Virus record (IMG/VR): IMGVR_UViG_3300028840_006907
Span: 288,001 to 352,000 of that record
Source: a virus
Reading direction: 5' to 3' (one strand)
Length of the DNA: 64,000 bases
Shown here one piece after another: positions 8,931 to 19,718 of this stretch. The notes below the pieces were generated by a model. It was given only the letters and a program-made list of their open reading frames with translations, searched no databases and had not been told where the DNA came from. Within the stretch, counting starts at the first letter, position 1; each line of letters starts with the position of its first letter. The position numbers were made by a program, and so were the translations under genes.

Positions 8931-10280
8931 ATGGAACAAAAATTATCGGTTATAGGATTAGGTAAATTGGGCTGTACAATGATGGTATGTTTTGCTCATA
9001 AAGGATGGGAAGTTATAGGGGTTGATGTTAATGAATTAACTATTGAAACTATTCTACGAGGTCGGAGTCCTATCGATGAACCTTTTGTAGAAGAGATGAT
9101 AAGTGATAATGCAGAAAGGATAAGAGTAACATCTGATTGTGAAAATGCTGTTTTAAATAGTGATGTAAGTTTTGTAATAGTTCCTACTCCCAGTAAGGAA
9201 GATGGGTCTTTTTCGACAGAATATGTTGAAAATGCTACAATGGAAGTTGCGAAAGCTTTGACAAAAAAGAACTCTTATCATTTAATTGTAATTACTTCTA
9301 CTGTTCTTCCTGGAGACAGTCTTCGAATTTCTTATGAGATTGCTCGGGAGTCAGGGAAAGAACTAGGAAAGGATTTCGGTGTTGTTTATAATCCTGATTT
9401 CATAGCACTCGGTAAAATTGTCAGCGATTTTTTAAACCCTGACATGATCCTTATCGGTGAGTACGATGAGAAGTCAGGAGATATCATTCAAGACATACAC
9501 CTGAAACTTATAGATAGTAATCCTACTTTTCATAGGATGAATTTCTTTAATGCTGAACTGGCGAAAATTTCTCTTAATGCCTACTGTACTTTGAAAATTA
9601 CTTTTGCGAACATAATCGCGGAGATATGTGAGAATTTACCTGGCGGTGATTCTAATAAAGTCTTAAGTGCTGTAGGAGCTGATAGTCGGGTGGGTCAAAA
9701 ATATCTCAAAGGTGGTTTGGGGTACAGCGGACCATGTTTTCCGCGTGATAATCGAGCCCTCGCCCATTCTGCAAGGTTCTTTGGCACTACAAATTATTTC
9801 TGTGAGATGACAGATGCAATAAACAACTATCATAAAACAGAAAGAATATGCAATCTTTTATTGGGGTACATGGAAGAAAAGAACACAAAAGAATTAGCTA
9901 TACTTGGTTTATCCTATAAGGAAGATACTCCTGTGATTGAAGAATCTGTATCTATTTCAGTTATAAAAACTCTTTGGGAAAAAGGAATGAATATAAAAGT
10001 TTTTGATCCGGTTGCTATGGAAAATGCAAAAAGAGAATTAGAAGGTTATGATAATATTTATTATGCCTCTTCTGAATATGATTGTATAGATGGTACTTCC
10101 GTTTGTTTTATAGCTACTCCTTGGAAACAGTTCTTTAGTTTGAATCATCAAGAAGTAATAAAAAGAATGAAAAAGAGTTCTATTATTCTTGACTCATGGG
10201 GAGTATTACCTTATGACAGAGCAACTAATAGAGGCAAAAAAGTAGAGGTAAAACAACTAGGGAAAAATTATCAATCGTAA
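8931..10280 (+). CDS. nucleotide-sugar 6-dehydrogenase (UDP-glucose/GDP-mannose dehydrogenase family)
   Basis: N-terminal Rossmann 'VIGLGKLGCTMMVCFAHKGWEVIGVDVN'. Catalytic region 'GGLGYSGPCFPRD'. Family-typical length of 449 aa. Confidence 0.85.
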   Translation: MEQKLSVIGLGKLGCTMMVCFAHKGWEVIGVDVNELTIETILRGRSPIDEPFVEEMISDNAERIRVTSDCENAVLNSDVSFVIVPTPSKEDGSFSTEYVENATMEVAKALTKKNSYHLIVITSTVLPGDSLRISYEIARESGKELGKDFGVVYNPDFIALGKIVSDFLNPDMILIGEYDEKSGDIIQDIHLKLIDSNPTFHRMNFFNAELAKISLNAYCTLKITFANIIAEICENLPGGDSNKVLSAVGADSRVGQKYLKGGLGYSGPCFPRDNRALAHSARFFGTTNYFCEMTDAINNYHKTERICNLLLGYMEEKNTKELAILGLSYKEDTPVIEESVSISVIKTLWEKGMNIKVFDPVAMENAKRELEGYDNIYYASSEYDCIDGTSVCFIATPWKQFFSLNHQEVIKRMKKSSIILDSWGVLPYDRATNRGKKVEVKQLGKNYQS

Positions 10281-10342
10281 AAATTAGATATAAGAAGTCT
10301 CATTGAGACTATTCAATAAAATAATAAATAGGAATAAAAAAG

Positions 10343-11146
10343 ATGCCGAGATTAAGCTTTATTGTCACTGGACGAAATGACAATTATGACCAAAATTTTA
10401 ATGAACGTTTAACCATCGCTTTAAGAAGAAATATAAAATCCCTTCCAGACGCTGAATTCATTTTTGTAGAATGGAATCCTTATTTAGACCGCCCATTAAC
10501 ATGTTCAAAATTAAAAAGGACTTTTGGAGATCGAGTTAAATATTATGTAGTTCATCCTAAATATCATAAATATTATTGTAACATTGATGGTTTTCTTGAA
10601 TACCCTCCAAAAAATATCGGAATACGTAAGGCTACAGGTGAATTTATTATTTGTACAAATTCAGATGTAATTTTTTGTCCAGATCTAGTTCATTGTATGA
10701 ATATGCATTTGGAAAAAAATGTCCTTTATCGTGCTACTCGAATTGATATCCGACCAGATTATCTTAATGTAAGTTTCCCCCTTCATCCAAAATTTAAGCT
10801 TGAAACAAATCAAGGTCCTATGAATGCAGCGGGTGATTTTCTTTTAATGCATCGGGATCTATGGTATAAAACTACTGGTTATTGCGAGGAATACCCGTGG
10901 CAGAGATTACATAAAGATGCTCAGATAGTTTATTTGCTTTCTAATAAAAGAGGGTATGAAGTTCGAAACATAGGATCTATGACACATTGGAGACATCCTA
11001 GCTCCTGGTCTAATGGAAAATGTCGAGCTAGAGTAGGTGATGTGAATTGGGATTTTCAAAAATGTAATTACAAAATGAATAAAAAAACATGGGGTCTCAC
11101 GTTTACAGATGAGGTCGAAAAAGACGGCATAATTTGGCTAATTTAA
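10343..11146 (+). CDS. hypothetical protein, possible glycosyltransferase-like
   Basis: Starts 'LSFIVTGRNDNY' like the GT-A first beta-strand. 'NSDVIFCPD' is DxD-like. Weak. Confidence 0.35.
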   Translation: MPRLSFIVTGRNDNYDQNFNERLTIALRRNIKSLPDAEFIFVEWNPYLDRPLTCSKLKRTFGDRVKYYVVHPKYHKYYCNIDGFLEYPPKNIGIRKATGEFIICTNSDVIFCPDLVHCMNMHLEKNVLYRATRIDIRPDYLNVSFPLHPKFKLETNQGPMNAAGDFLLMHRDLWYKTTGYCEEYPWQRLHKDAQIVYLLSNKRGYEVRNIGSMTHWRHPSSWSNGKCRARVGDVNWDFQKCNYKMNKKTWGLTFTDEVEKDGIIWLI

Positions 11147-11176
11147 ATTTACATATAGATATTGAAAGGAGATTGT

Positions 11177-12151
11177 ATGAAACGTATATTGGTTACTGGA
11201 GCAGGCGGTTTTATTGGAGGCCATTTAGTCACTCGATTGAAAGAGGAGGGCTATTGGGTTCGTGGAGTTGATATTAAAGAGCATGAATATAAGAAGACTG
11301 ATGCAGATGAATTTTATCTTAAAGATTTGAGAATAATGCAAAATTGTCTTACTTCATGCGCTGATATTGATGAATGTTATACATTAGCTGCTGACATGGG
11401 TGGTGCAGGATTTGTTTTTACTGGTGAGAATGATGCTGATATCATGCATAATTCTGCGAAGATAAATTTAAATATGGCTGAAGCTTGCCGAATACAAGGA
11501 GTAAAGAAGATATTTTATTCCTCTTCAGCGTGCATGTATCCTGCTCATAATCAAACCGATCCGGATAATCCTTTACTTTCTGAGGATTCTGCTTATCCTG
11601 CAGCTCCCGATAGTGAATACGGGTGGGAAAAACTTTTCTCAGAACATCTTTATTTAGCTTATAACAAAAATTATGGACTGGATGTTCGTGTGGCAAGATT
11701 TCATAATATTTTTGGAGTTTTGGGAACATGGCAAGGTGGAAGAGAAAAAGCTCCTGCTGCATTGAATCGTAAAGTAGCTATGGCTAAAGATGGTGATGTA
11801 ATCGAAGTGTGGGGACCTGGTACTCAAACACGTTCTTTCCTTTATATAGAGGAATGTATTGAAGCAGTACGTCGTTTCATGGAATCAGATTTTTTAGGCC
11901 CTGTAAATATAGGTTCTGAAGAAATGATTTCAATAAACGATCTTGCGAAAATGGCCATAGATATTAGTGGTAAAAAACTTACTATCAAAAATGTGGAAGG
12001 TCCTGTAGGAGTTATGGGCCGTAATTCAGATAATAATTTATATGAAGAAAAGGTTGGATGGAGACCTTCAAAACCTTTACATTATGGTATGGAAAAGACT
12101 TATGCTTGGATAAGTGATCAAATTAAACAAATTTATCCCTTTAGAAAATAG
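11177..12151 (+). CDS. NAD-dependent sugar epimerase (GDP-mannose 3,5-epimerase-like SDR)
   Basis: RBS 'aaaggag' precedes the Met at 11177. 'ILVTGAGGFIGGHLV' and 'YSSSACMYPAHNQ...EYGWEKLFSE' resemble GME-type extended SDRs. Confidence 0.75.
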   Translation: MKRILVTGAGGFIGGHLVTRLKEEGYWVRGVDIKEHEYKKTDADEFYLKDLRIMQNCLTSCADIDECYTLAADMGGAGFVFTGENDADIMHNSAKINLNMAEACRIQGVKKIFYSSSACMYPAHNQTDPDNPLLSEDSAYPAAPDSEYGWEKLFSEHLYLAYNKNYGLDVRVARFHNIFGVLGTWQGGREKAPAALNRKVAMAKDGDVIEVWGPGTQTRSFLYIEECIEAVRRFMESDFLGPVNIGSEEMISINDLAKMAIDISGKKLTIKNVEGPVGVMGRNSDNNLYEEKVGWRPSKPLHYGMEKTYAWISDQIKQIYPFRK

Positions 12152-12154
12152 CTT

Positions 12155-12856
12155 ATGGAATTAATAACAAAAGCAGTTATAATGGCTGGTGGAGAGGGTA
12201 CTCGGTTAAGACCTTATACAGAAATGACTCCTAAAGCAATGTTAGAGGTTAACGGTATTCCTCTCTTACGTTTAATGATAGAGAGACTTCATAGTTTTGG
12301 TATAACTCATTTCTATTTAAGTGTAAATTATCTCTCGAAAGTAATCTGTGATTATTTCGGTGATGGATCTAAATTTGGGATTAATATCACTTATATAAAA
12401 GAACCTTATTCGATGGGGACCGCAGGTTCAATTAGTATGGTTGATATTGAAGAACCTTTTTTGGTTATAAATGGAGATGTTTATACCAGTCTTGATTTTA
12501 GAGATCTCTTTGTAGAATTTAGAAGATCTAAATCAGATCTATTAATATGTTGTAGGGAGCAATTATTAAAAACAGATTATGGTGTTATTGTAAAAGAAGA
12601 TGACAGGATAACTTCCTGGGTTGAAAAACCTGAGTTTACTCATTACATAAGTTGTGGTATCTATGTATTCAAACCAGAGATTGTAAAATATATACCTAAA
12701 GAACATTTTTTTAATATGAATCATTTAGCTGAAGCGGTTATTGAAAAGAATAAAAAAGCTGGATTTTATTTAATGGATGATCTAGATATCTGGATTGATA
12801 TAGGAACTATTGAAGAATATAATAAGGTCAAGGAATTGTTAACAGTAAAAAAATAA
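12155..12856 (+). CDS. sugar-phosphate nucleotidyltransferase
   Basis: 'AVIMAGGEGTRLRPYT' is the nucleotidyltransferase G-rich loop. About 230 aa. Confidence 0.8.
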   Translation: MELITKAVIMAGGEGTRLRPYTEMTPKAMLEVNGIPLLRLMIERLHSFGITHFYLSVNYLSKVICDYFGDGSKFGINITYIKEPYSMGTAGSISMVDIEEPFLVINGDVYTSLDFRDLFVEFRRSKSDLLICCREQLLKTDYGVIVKEDDRITSWVEKPEFTHYISCGIYVFKPEIVKYIPKEHFFNMNHLAEAVIEKNKKAGFYLMDDLDIWIDIGTIEEYNKVKELLTVKK

Positions 12857-12865
12857 GAGGATAAA

Positions 12866-13759
12866 GTGAGAGTTGTATTTATTGGTTGCGTCAATTTCAG
12901 TAAAGCAATGTTGGAATATGCTTTAGAAATAGAGTGCCTTGAAATAGTGGGTATCGTGACAAAATCAGAATCCAATTTTAATACAGATTTCTGTTCTTTG
13001 GCCCCTTTAGCCCAGGAACATAATATTTCTTATCTTTTATACGATCAATTAAAATCGGAAAGTGGACTCAATAGTTGGGTTGAATTAAAATTTCCTGATG
13101 TGATCTTTTGTTTTGGTTGGTCCCATTTATTAAAAGCTGAACTTATAGAAATTCCTAAAATAGGAGTCATAGGACATCATCCTACAATGCTTCCTAAGAA
13201 TAGAGGGCGACATCCAGTAATATGGGCGTTAGCTTTAGGATTGGAGTATACTGCTTCAACTTTTTTCTTTATAGATCCTGGGGTGGATTCTGGGGATATT
13301 CTAGATCAAATCCCTGTAAATATAAATTTTGATGATGATGCTAGTATTCTCTATCAGAAGATCACAGTGACTGCAGGAAAGCAATTAAAAACATTTTCTC
13401 CTCTTTTGGAGAAAGGAGAATATATAGTTGTTAAACAAGATATGAGTAAAGCTACATGGTGGAGAAAAAGGTCAAAAGCTGATGGATATATTGATTGGCG
13501 TATGAGTTGTTTTTCCATTCATAATTTAGTCCGGGCTTTGACTTGTCCTTATGTAGGGGCTCATTGTGAATTTAACAATAGGGATATAAAGATCTGGAAA
13601 GTTAGAATAATGTATAAAGGATTAGATGATATTGAACCAGGTAAAATAATCGATTTAAATAGAAATAAAAATGAAATCTATATAAAGTGCGGGGATGGAG
13701 TTATGTGTATCTATGATCATGAATTTGATCCTCTGCCTGAGATCGGAACTTATTTATGA
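12866..13759 (+). CDS. formyltransferase (sugar N-formyltransferase / Fmt-like)
   Basis: GTG start preceded by 'aagagg'. 'GHHPTMLPKNRGRHPVIWA' matches the formyltransferase catalytic loop (HxSLLPxxRG). Confidence 0.65.
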   Translation: MRVVFIGCVNFSKAMLEYALEIECLEIVGIVTKSESNFNTDFCSLAPLAQEHNISYLLYDQLKSESGLNSWVELKFPDVIFCFGWSHLLKAELIEIPKIGVIGHHPTMLPKNRGRHPVIWALALGLEYTASTFFFIDPGVDSGDILDQIPVNINFDDDASILYQKITVTAGKQLKTFSPLLEKGEYIVVKQDMSKATWWRKRSKADGYIDWRMSCFSIHNLVRALTCPYVGAHCEFNNRDIKIWKVRIMYKGLDDIEPGKIIDLNRNKNEIYIKCGDGVMCIYDHEFDPLPEIGTYL

Positions 13760-14415
13760 AAATTATTGCCATTGCACCTCATCCTGATGATGAGACTCTG
13801 GGATGTGGTGGTACACTCTTGAAGCATCGGGATGCCTCAGATGATATTTATTTGGTTCTTGTTACTACAGCAGGTTCTGAATACAGTGAAGAGCATATCA
13901 ATAATAAATACAAAGAAATAGATAATGCCAACGAGATTTTTGAATTTAAGACTATCTTCGATTTGGGTTTCCCTGTTACTCATATTGGTTCTATAGATAT
14001 ATCAGAAATAATTGGTAAACTAATGGACACATTTAAATTAGTGGGTCCCGATATTATTTATGTTCCTTTCCCGTATGATATTCATACTGATCATCAAGTT
14101 GTTTTTGATGCGGTTTCTTCGTGTACAAAATGGTTCAGAATACCTACTTTGAAAAGAATACTAGCCTATGAAACTATATCTGAAACAGATTTTATTATTA
14201 GACCCGGTCCTTCTTTTATCCCTAATGTTTTTGTCAATATTGAAGATCACATTGATAAAAAGATAGAGGCTATGAAATGCTATGCTAGTGAAATTGCTAT
14301 GCCTCCTTTTCCTCGTAGTGAGGAGAATATCAGAGCCCTGGCAACATTAAGAGGTTCAACATCTGGTTTCAAAGCTGCGGAAGCTTTCATGTTGTTAAAG
14401 GAGATAGATGAATGA
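13756..14415 (+). CDS. PIG-L/LmbE family N-acetylglucosaminyl deacetylase
   Basis: 'IIAIAPHPDDETLGCGGTL' is the PIG-L signature. Confidence 0.8.
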   Translation: MKIIAIAPHPDDETLGCGGTLLKHRDASDDIYLVLVTTAGSEYSEEHINNKYKEIDNANEIFEFKTIFDLGFPVTHIGSIDISEIIGKLMDTFKLVGPDIIYVPFPYDIHTDHQVVFDAVSSCTKWFRIPTLKRILAYETISETDFIIRPGPSFIPNVFVNIEDHIDKKIEAMKCYASEIAMPPFPRSEENIRALATLRGSTSGFKAAEAFMLLKEIDE

Positions 14416-15380
14416 GTAAAAAAGTTTTAGTTACTGGTGCAGGAGGATTTATAGGATCTCATTTAGTAAAACGGCTCATGGAATATGGGTATGATGTTAC
14501 AGCACTGGTAAAATATAATGCAAATGGTTCTTGGGGCTGGTTAGACACATTTCATCGTTCTGTAATCAAAGATATTAGAGTAGAGTTGGGTGATGTTCGG
14601 GATCCGGAACAAATGATGAGATATAAAAACATGGATATTATTTTCCATTTAGCTGCTTTGATAGGTATCCCTTATTCCTATGTAGCTCCTCGTTCATATG
14701 TCGATACCAATATAAACGGTACTTTAAACATGCTTCAGGTTTGTCGGGAAAATGGAGCTACTTATATTCATACATCAACTTCTGAGGTATATGGTACAGC
14801 CCTTTATGAACCTATTGATGAAAAACATCCTATCCAAACACAGAGTCCATATTCAGCTACAAAAAGTGCTGGAGATAGTTTAGCAAAGAGTTATTATCTT
14901 TCCTTCGATTTGCCCGTTATTATAGTAAGACCATTCAATACTTTTGGAACACGTCAATCTTTAAGAGCTGTTATTCCCACTATTATCAGTCAGGCATGTA
15001 AAGATGATGTTATAAAACTTGGAGATCCAAGTACCATGAGAGATTTCATTTTTGTGGATGATACTGTAGAAGGCTTTATAAAGGCCGCTGAGAGGGGAAA
15101 ATCTGGAGAGACTTATAATATAGGTTATGGCAAAAAAAGGTCAATAAGAAGTATTGTGGATGACGTAGGCAATATATTAGGTAAAGTTTTAAAAATTGAA
15201 TCGGAACCAGAGAGAATGCGACCTCCGAAGAGTGAGGTAAGAGTTCTTGTTTGTAATAATGAAAAAGCAAAAAAAGAATTGGGATGGGATATTAAATGGC
15301 CTTTTAAAAAAGGGTTGGAATATTTGATCTACGATTGGCAACGAGAAAACAAAGAAAGTAAAGATTTTTATCATGTCTAG
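14412..15380 (+). CDS. NAD-dependent nucleotide-sugar epimerase/4,6-dehydratase (extended SDR)
   Basis: 'VLVTGAGGFIGSHLV'. Catalytic 'YSATKSAGD' (YxxxK). About 320 aa. Confidence 0.85.
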   Translation: MSKKVLVTGAGGFIGSHLVKRLMEYGYDVTALVKYNANGSWGWLDTFHRSVIKDIRVELGDVRDPEQMMRYKNMDIIFHLAALIGIPYSYVAPRSYVDTNINGTLNMLQVCRENGATYIHTSTSEVYGTALYEPIDEKHPIQTQSPYSATKSAGDSLAKSYYLSFDLPVIIVRPFNTFGTRQSLRAVIPTIISQACKDDVIKLGDPSTMRDFIFVDDTVEGFIKAAERGKSGETYNIGYGKKRSIRSIVDDVGNILGKVLKIESEPERMRPPKSEVRVLVCNNEKAKKELGWDIKWPFKKGLEYLIYDWQRENKESKDFYHV

Positions 15381-16449
15381 TATATTTTTACACATACCTC
15401 ATATAGGGGAAGAGGAAAAGGCAGAAGTAAATAAGGCTCTTAATACTGGAGAATTGACCTGTGGAAATTATTTAAATCAATTTGAAAAAGAATTAAGTGA
15501 AAGGATAAATTCTCCTGTTGTTTTATGCTCTTCTGGAACAGCAGCTTTGCAATTAGGTCTACATGCTATGGGTATAGGTCCAGGAGATGAAGTAATTGTT
15601 CCTAATATGTCTTTTGTTTCGACTATAAATTCTGTTTTATATATGGGTGCTACCCCAGTTTTGTGCGATGTAGGTGATCCTGAATACGAGCTTTCCATTG
15701 ATCCTGAAGAAATAATCGATCTCATAACTCCTCGAACTAAAGCTATAATGGTATCTCATCTTTGTGGGGGATACGGTGACATTGAAAAGATATTAGATAT
15801 AGCTAGTGCGTATAAAGTTGATGTCATTGAAGATGCTGCTCAGGCAGTAGGTTGTACTATGAATGGCAAAGCTTTGGGAACATTTGGAAAGTTTGGTGTC
15901 TATTCATTTAATGGGAATAAAATTATCACCACAGGTGGTGGAGGCACTCTTTTAACTTCAGATCGTGGAATGAGTCAGAGAGTACGAAATCTTCTTAATC
16001 AAGCGAAAGACATTTTAAATCCTTTTTCTCATATAGAGATGGGGTATAATTATAGAATCAGTAATATCCATGCTGCGATAGGTTGTGCTCAATTAAAAAA
16101 ATTAGACTCTTTTATTGATAAGAAAAAATTTATTCATGAGACCTATAAAAAGAAGTTAGACATAATAACTTATAAGGAAAAATCCAATTATTGGTTGAAT
16201 GTTTATAAAGTAAAAAAATTTAATCCTTATGAAGCTGTTTGGAATCTGGATTACAAAAGCATAGAGACTCGTCCTATTTATACCCCTTTTCATATGATGG
16301 ATTTTCTTAAAAAATATGGTGAGGATGAATACCCGGTTTCAGAGAAATTATATAACAGTCTTTTTTGTTTGCCATCTTATTTATCTCTTGATGAAGAGAT
16401 AATCGATAAAGTAGTGGATGAAATAAATAATTTGGAGAATAGTGAATGA
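15373..16449 (+). CDS. DegT/DnrJ/EryC1/StrS-family PLP-dependent sugar aminotransferase
   Basis: 'CSSGTAALQLGL'. 'FSFNGNKIITTGGGG' carries the PLP lysine. Typical length. Confidence 0.85.
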   Translation: MSSIFLHIPHIGEEEKAEVNKALNTGELTCGNYLNQFEKELSERINSPVVLCSSGTAALQLGLHAMGIGPGDEVIVPNMSFVSTINSVLYMGATPVLCDVGDPEYELSIDPEEIIDLITPRTKAIMVSHLCGGYGDIEKILDIASAYKVDVIEDAAQAVGCTMNGKALGTFGKFGVYSFNGNKIITTGGGGTLLTSDRGMSQRVRNLLNQAKDILNPFSHIEMGYNYRISNIHAAIGCAQLKKLDSFIDKKKFIHETYKKKLDIITYKEKSNYWLNVYKVKKFNPYEAVWNLDYKSIETRPIYTPFHMMDFLKKYGEDEYPVSEKLYNSLFCLPSYLSLDEEIIDKVVDEINNLENSE

Positions 16450-17141
16450 AAAAACATATCCTTTTGATGTTTAATATGGGAAATAGTGGTGGGAAGTATT
16501 TCGAAGATATTTGTAATACTCACGAAGATGTTCAGATATGGCAAGAAGCAAATCACCTTTTAAAAGTAGATCATCTTGAGACACCAGTTCAGTTCGACAG
16601 GGTATATGCTTTTTTCATGAAACAGTATGAAGAAAATAAGAAAAAAACCATCGGATTAATAAAAGCTTTTGATCATCGGTTAATAGGATTGGCTGAAAGA
16701 ACTGGTGGGTCTATCATGCAGATGTTCAGACATCCTGTAGGTGTGGTGGGTTTTAAGACAGGCCATAAAATGGCTGAGTGTGAACAGAGAGGTTTGTTTG
16801 ACAAACTAGACACACCTGAAAAGATTTTTGAAGCTCATGTGGATTTTTATGCCTCAATATATAATTCCTATACGAAGAATGCTCATAAGTGGCCTGTTGT
16901 TAAATTAGAGGATTTAAAAAAGTCTTTACGGGAAAGAACTCCGTATTTTGAAGATGTAATGAAAAAAGCGCTGAAAGTTGACTGGCAACCGAAACATACA
17001 AAAAAAGTTATTAATATGGGAGGGCTTGAAGAGAATAGAGATCATTTTGATATTTGGAAATCATGGGAAGATTGGAAGAAAGATATTTTTCTGAAGTATT
17101 TCCAGGAAATAATGAAATTGTATATGTATGAATGGGAATGA
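16446..17141 (+). CDS. sulfotransferase-like protein (paralog of 20367..21158)
   Basis: 'NMGNSGGKYF' is a 5'-PSB-like Gly-rich loop. 'MFRHPVGVVGF' is 3'-PB-like. The C-terminus 'IWKSWEDWKKDIFLKYFQEIM' is shared with the paralog. Confidence 0.4.
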   Translation: MKKHILLMFNMGNSGGKYFEDICNTHEDVQIWQEANHLLKVDHLETPVQFDRVYAFFMKQYEENKKKTIGLIKAFDHRLIGLAERTGGSIMQMFRHPVGVVGFKTGHKMAECEQRGLFDKLDTPEKIFEAHVDFYASIYNSYTKNAHKWPVVKLEDLKKSLRERTPYFEDVMKKALKVDWQPKHTKKVINMGGLEENRDHFDIWKSWEDWKKDIFLKYFQEIMKLYMYEWE

Positions 17142-17155
17142 TAGGAGGACGAAGT

Positions 17156-18151
17156 ATGAAAAATTTGGAAATCATAGCTGAGTTCGGAACTAATCATGTC
17201 GATCCTAATGGTAAAGTTCTTGAAAATATTGAGGATTTGATACATACACTAGCAGACAAAGGAGCGACTGCAGTTAAATTTCAGCTTTTTAAAGCTGATA
17301 ATTTAGTAGAAAAGAATACTGAAGTACATGGCCTTATAAAAAATTTGGAAATTGCTCTTGAAGAGCATGTCAGATTAAAAAAGATCTGCGAAGAAATAGG
17401 TTTGCGGTATCTTTGCACTCCTTTTTGCGTTGAGTCTTTGGATGCTCTTCTTAGTATAGGAGTAAAGGAAATAAAAATAGCCAGTTGTGATTGTGGTAAT
17501 TTACAATTGATGTCAGATATTGTACAACGTCATAACAAAATTCATCGAGTTATAATGGCTACAGGTATGTCAACATTGAATGAAATTGGTGTTTCCATTG
17601 ACATCCTTATTGATGGAGGATTTAATATTGATCTTTTACATTGTACAAGTGTTTACCCTACACCGATATACCGAGCTTCTCTAGACATGATAAGAGTCTT
17701 AAAAAAGAAGTGGGGTTTATTTAATATAGGATATTCGGATCATACATTGGGGACTGAAGTGGTGGGTATAGCCCGAGCTATGGGTTGTACCATTTTTGAA
17801 AAGCATGTAACTCCTGATAGAACAATGCCCGGTTTTGATCATGCTTATTCTTTTCCTATTGATGAATTTGATAAATATGTCGATGCTATCAAGAATGTCG
17901 ATCAGATAATAGGAGAAGAAAGAAAATACGTAGATAAAAAAGAAGCAGTATCTCGTGATGCCATGAAAAGAGGCATATGGTTTAAAAAAGAAGTGTTTAA
18001 AGGGCAGAAAATAACCAGAGATGATATCATTGTACGAAGACCGTTGAAAGGGGCCGTTAACCAGACTTACTATTTTTCTGTTCTTGGTAAAAAAGTAAAG
18101 AAGAATTTTAATGAGGATGATCCCGTTTTAACGGAGAATTTATATGAGTAA
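17156..18151 (+). CDS. N-acylneuraminate/nonulosonic acid synthase (NeuB/PseI/LegI family)
   Basis: RBS 'aggagg' before the Met at 17156. 'IAEFGTNHVDPNG...VKFQLFKAD' resembles the NeuB TIM-barrel N-terminus. C-terminal SAF-like region. Confidence 0.75.
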   Translation: MKNLEIIAEFGTNHVDPNGKVLENIEDLIHTLADKGATAVKFQLFKADNLVEKNTEVHGLIKNLEIALEEHVRLKKICEEIGLRYLCTPFCVESLDALLSIGVKEIKIASCDCGNLQLMSDIVQRHNKIHRVIMATGMSTLNEIGVSIDILIDGGFNIDLLHCTSVYPTPIYRASLDMIRVLKKKWGLFNIGYSDHTLGTEVVGIARAMGCTIFEKHVTPDRTMPGFDHAYSFPIDEFDKYVDAIKNVDQIIGEERKYVDKKEAVSRDAMKRGIWFKKEVFKGQKITRDDIIVRRPLKGAVNQTYYFSVLGKKVKKNFNEDDPVLTENLYE

Positions 18152-19052
18152 AATAGGAATTCGATGTGATTGTGGACCGGTAATGGGCATGGGTCATATA
18201 TCTAGGCAGAAACTTATTTATGAAGAACTCATGAAATTGGACCACGAAGTTTCTTTTTTTGTAAAAAGAGAACGGAACATAGTTAAATCAATGGGACTTC
18301 CACTTTCAAATAAGATTTTAATGGATACAATGGATACTTTGATAATTGATTTAGTGGAAGGTTTTGAGGATTATGATTTTCCTCGAACTAAAATAGTTTT
18401 TTATGATGGTCCGGAAATGATACATTGTGATGCTGATATCATTTTTGCTTTAAATTATAAACAACAGAAATCCTGGTATAGAGGAACGGGTTATTATGTT
18501 GGGCTAGATTATATCCCGATGGATCCCAGCATTTCTAAAATAGAGAAAGAATTTGGTAATTTAGAAAAAATATTAATTATGACAAGTGGAATCGATCCTT
18601 GGGATATGCCAGGACAAATAGTTAGAGTTATTAAGGATCTGGGTTATGACATCACAGTTAAATTATCTAATGCTTATCCAAAAGATTGGATCAGTAAACT
18701 TGAGAAACATGCTGAGATAATTTTAAATGTGGATAGTGTTGCTTCATTATATGAAGAATATGATTTAATGATATGTACTGCAGGAAATGTGTTGTTCGAG
18801 GCTGCTGTAGCTGGTTTACCCTGTATAAGTTTTTCGACGGGTAAAGTTCAGGAGGGCCATGGGGCGTTTATGAGTGACAAAGGTTTTTCAGTTCATCTTG
18901 GAGGCTTTTGGAATAATACTGCTGAAGTTGGTTATTTGTCTGATGCTATAAAATTTTTAGCTGATAGATCGGATAGAGAACAAAGATCTGAGATAGGTCG
19001 TTCTATTTGTGATGGTAAAGGATTAGAAAGGATAATAAATATTATAGGGTAA
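18144..19052 (+). CDS. PseG/LegG-like UDP-sugar hydrolase (GT28-like fold)
   Basis: 'IGIRCDCGPVMGMGHISRQ' resembles the PseG N-terminal Gly/His loop. Sits between the NeuB-like and cytidylyltransferase genes. Confidence 0.45.
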   Translation: MSKIGIRCDCGPVMGMGHISRQKLIYEELMKLDHEVSFFVKRERNIVKSMGLPLSNKILMDTMDTLIIDLVEGFEDYDFPRTKIVFYDGPEMIHCDADIIFALNYKQQKSWYRGTGYYVGLDYIPMDPSISKIEKEFGNLEKILIMTSGIDPWDMPGQIVRVIKDLGYDITVKLSNAYPKDWISKLEKHAEIILNVDSVASLYEEYDLMICTAGNVLFEAAVAGLPCISFSTGKVQEGHGAFMSDKGFSVHLGGFWNNTAEVGYLSDAIKFLADRSDREQRSEIGRSICDGKGLERIINIIG

Positions 19053-19055
19053 AAT

Positions 19056-19718
19056 ATGAAAACTATCGCATTTACATTGCCAGTAAGAAAGAACAGTCAA
19101 AGAGTAAAAAATAAAATGTTAAGACCTTTTGCAGGGAGAAGTTTATTTGAGATCTATTTGGATAAAATCGAATGTTTCAAACATTTGGTTTATGTTGTTG
19201 CCTATGAAGAAGAATTTATTAACATAGCTAAAAAAAGGGGATTTAAATATCTTCATAGAAGTGAAGAGTCTGCTAATGGGGAAACTTCTCCAGTTATCCA
19301 TAGTTATTTAAATGAGATGAAAGAAGATTTCATTTTTATGGCAACTGCGTGTTGTCCTTTGATGAAGACAGAGACTTTGAAAAATATCATGGTAGAGCTA
19401 TGTTCAAAACTCCATGATCCTAATTATCACGGTTTAATAACTGTAAAAAGATGTGGTAATGCTATTTGGAATTCAGAGAAGAAAGTAATGAATGATGATG
19501 TTCGAACTTTCAATACTAAGTTAAGAAAACCTTTTTACATCGAGACTAGTTCCGTTTTTGTTTTTAGACGTGAAAGATTTCTTAAACTAGGTGCATATTG
19601 GGATTTTGGTGATAAAGATCCCGATCTTTATGAAATTAATTCAATTGAAGCTACTGATATTGATACAATGGATGATTTCGAAGTAGCTGAAATACTTTAC
19701 AAAAGAAGGTTGTCATGA
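19056..19718 (+). CDS. CMP-nonulosonic acid synthetase (acylneuraminate cytidylyltransferase family)
   Basis: 'IAFTLPVRKNSQRVKNKMLRPFAG' is the CTP_transf_3 N-terminal motif. Confidence 0.65.
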   Translation: MKTIAFTLPVRKNSQRVKNKMLRPFAGRSLFEIYLDKIECFKHLVYVVAYEEEFINIAKKRGFKYLHRSEESANGETSPVIHSYLNEMKEDFIFMATACCPLMKTETLKNIMVELCSKLHDPNYHGLITVKRCGNAIWNSEKKVMNDDVRTFNTKLRKPFYIETSSVFVFRRERFLKLGAYWDFGDKDPDLYEINSIEATDIDTMDDFEVAEILYKRRLS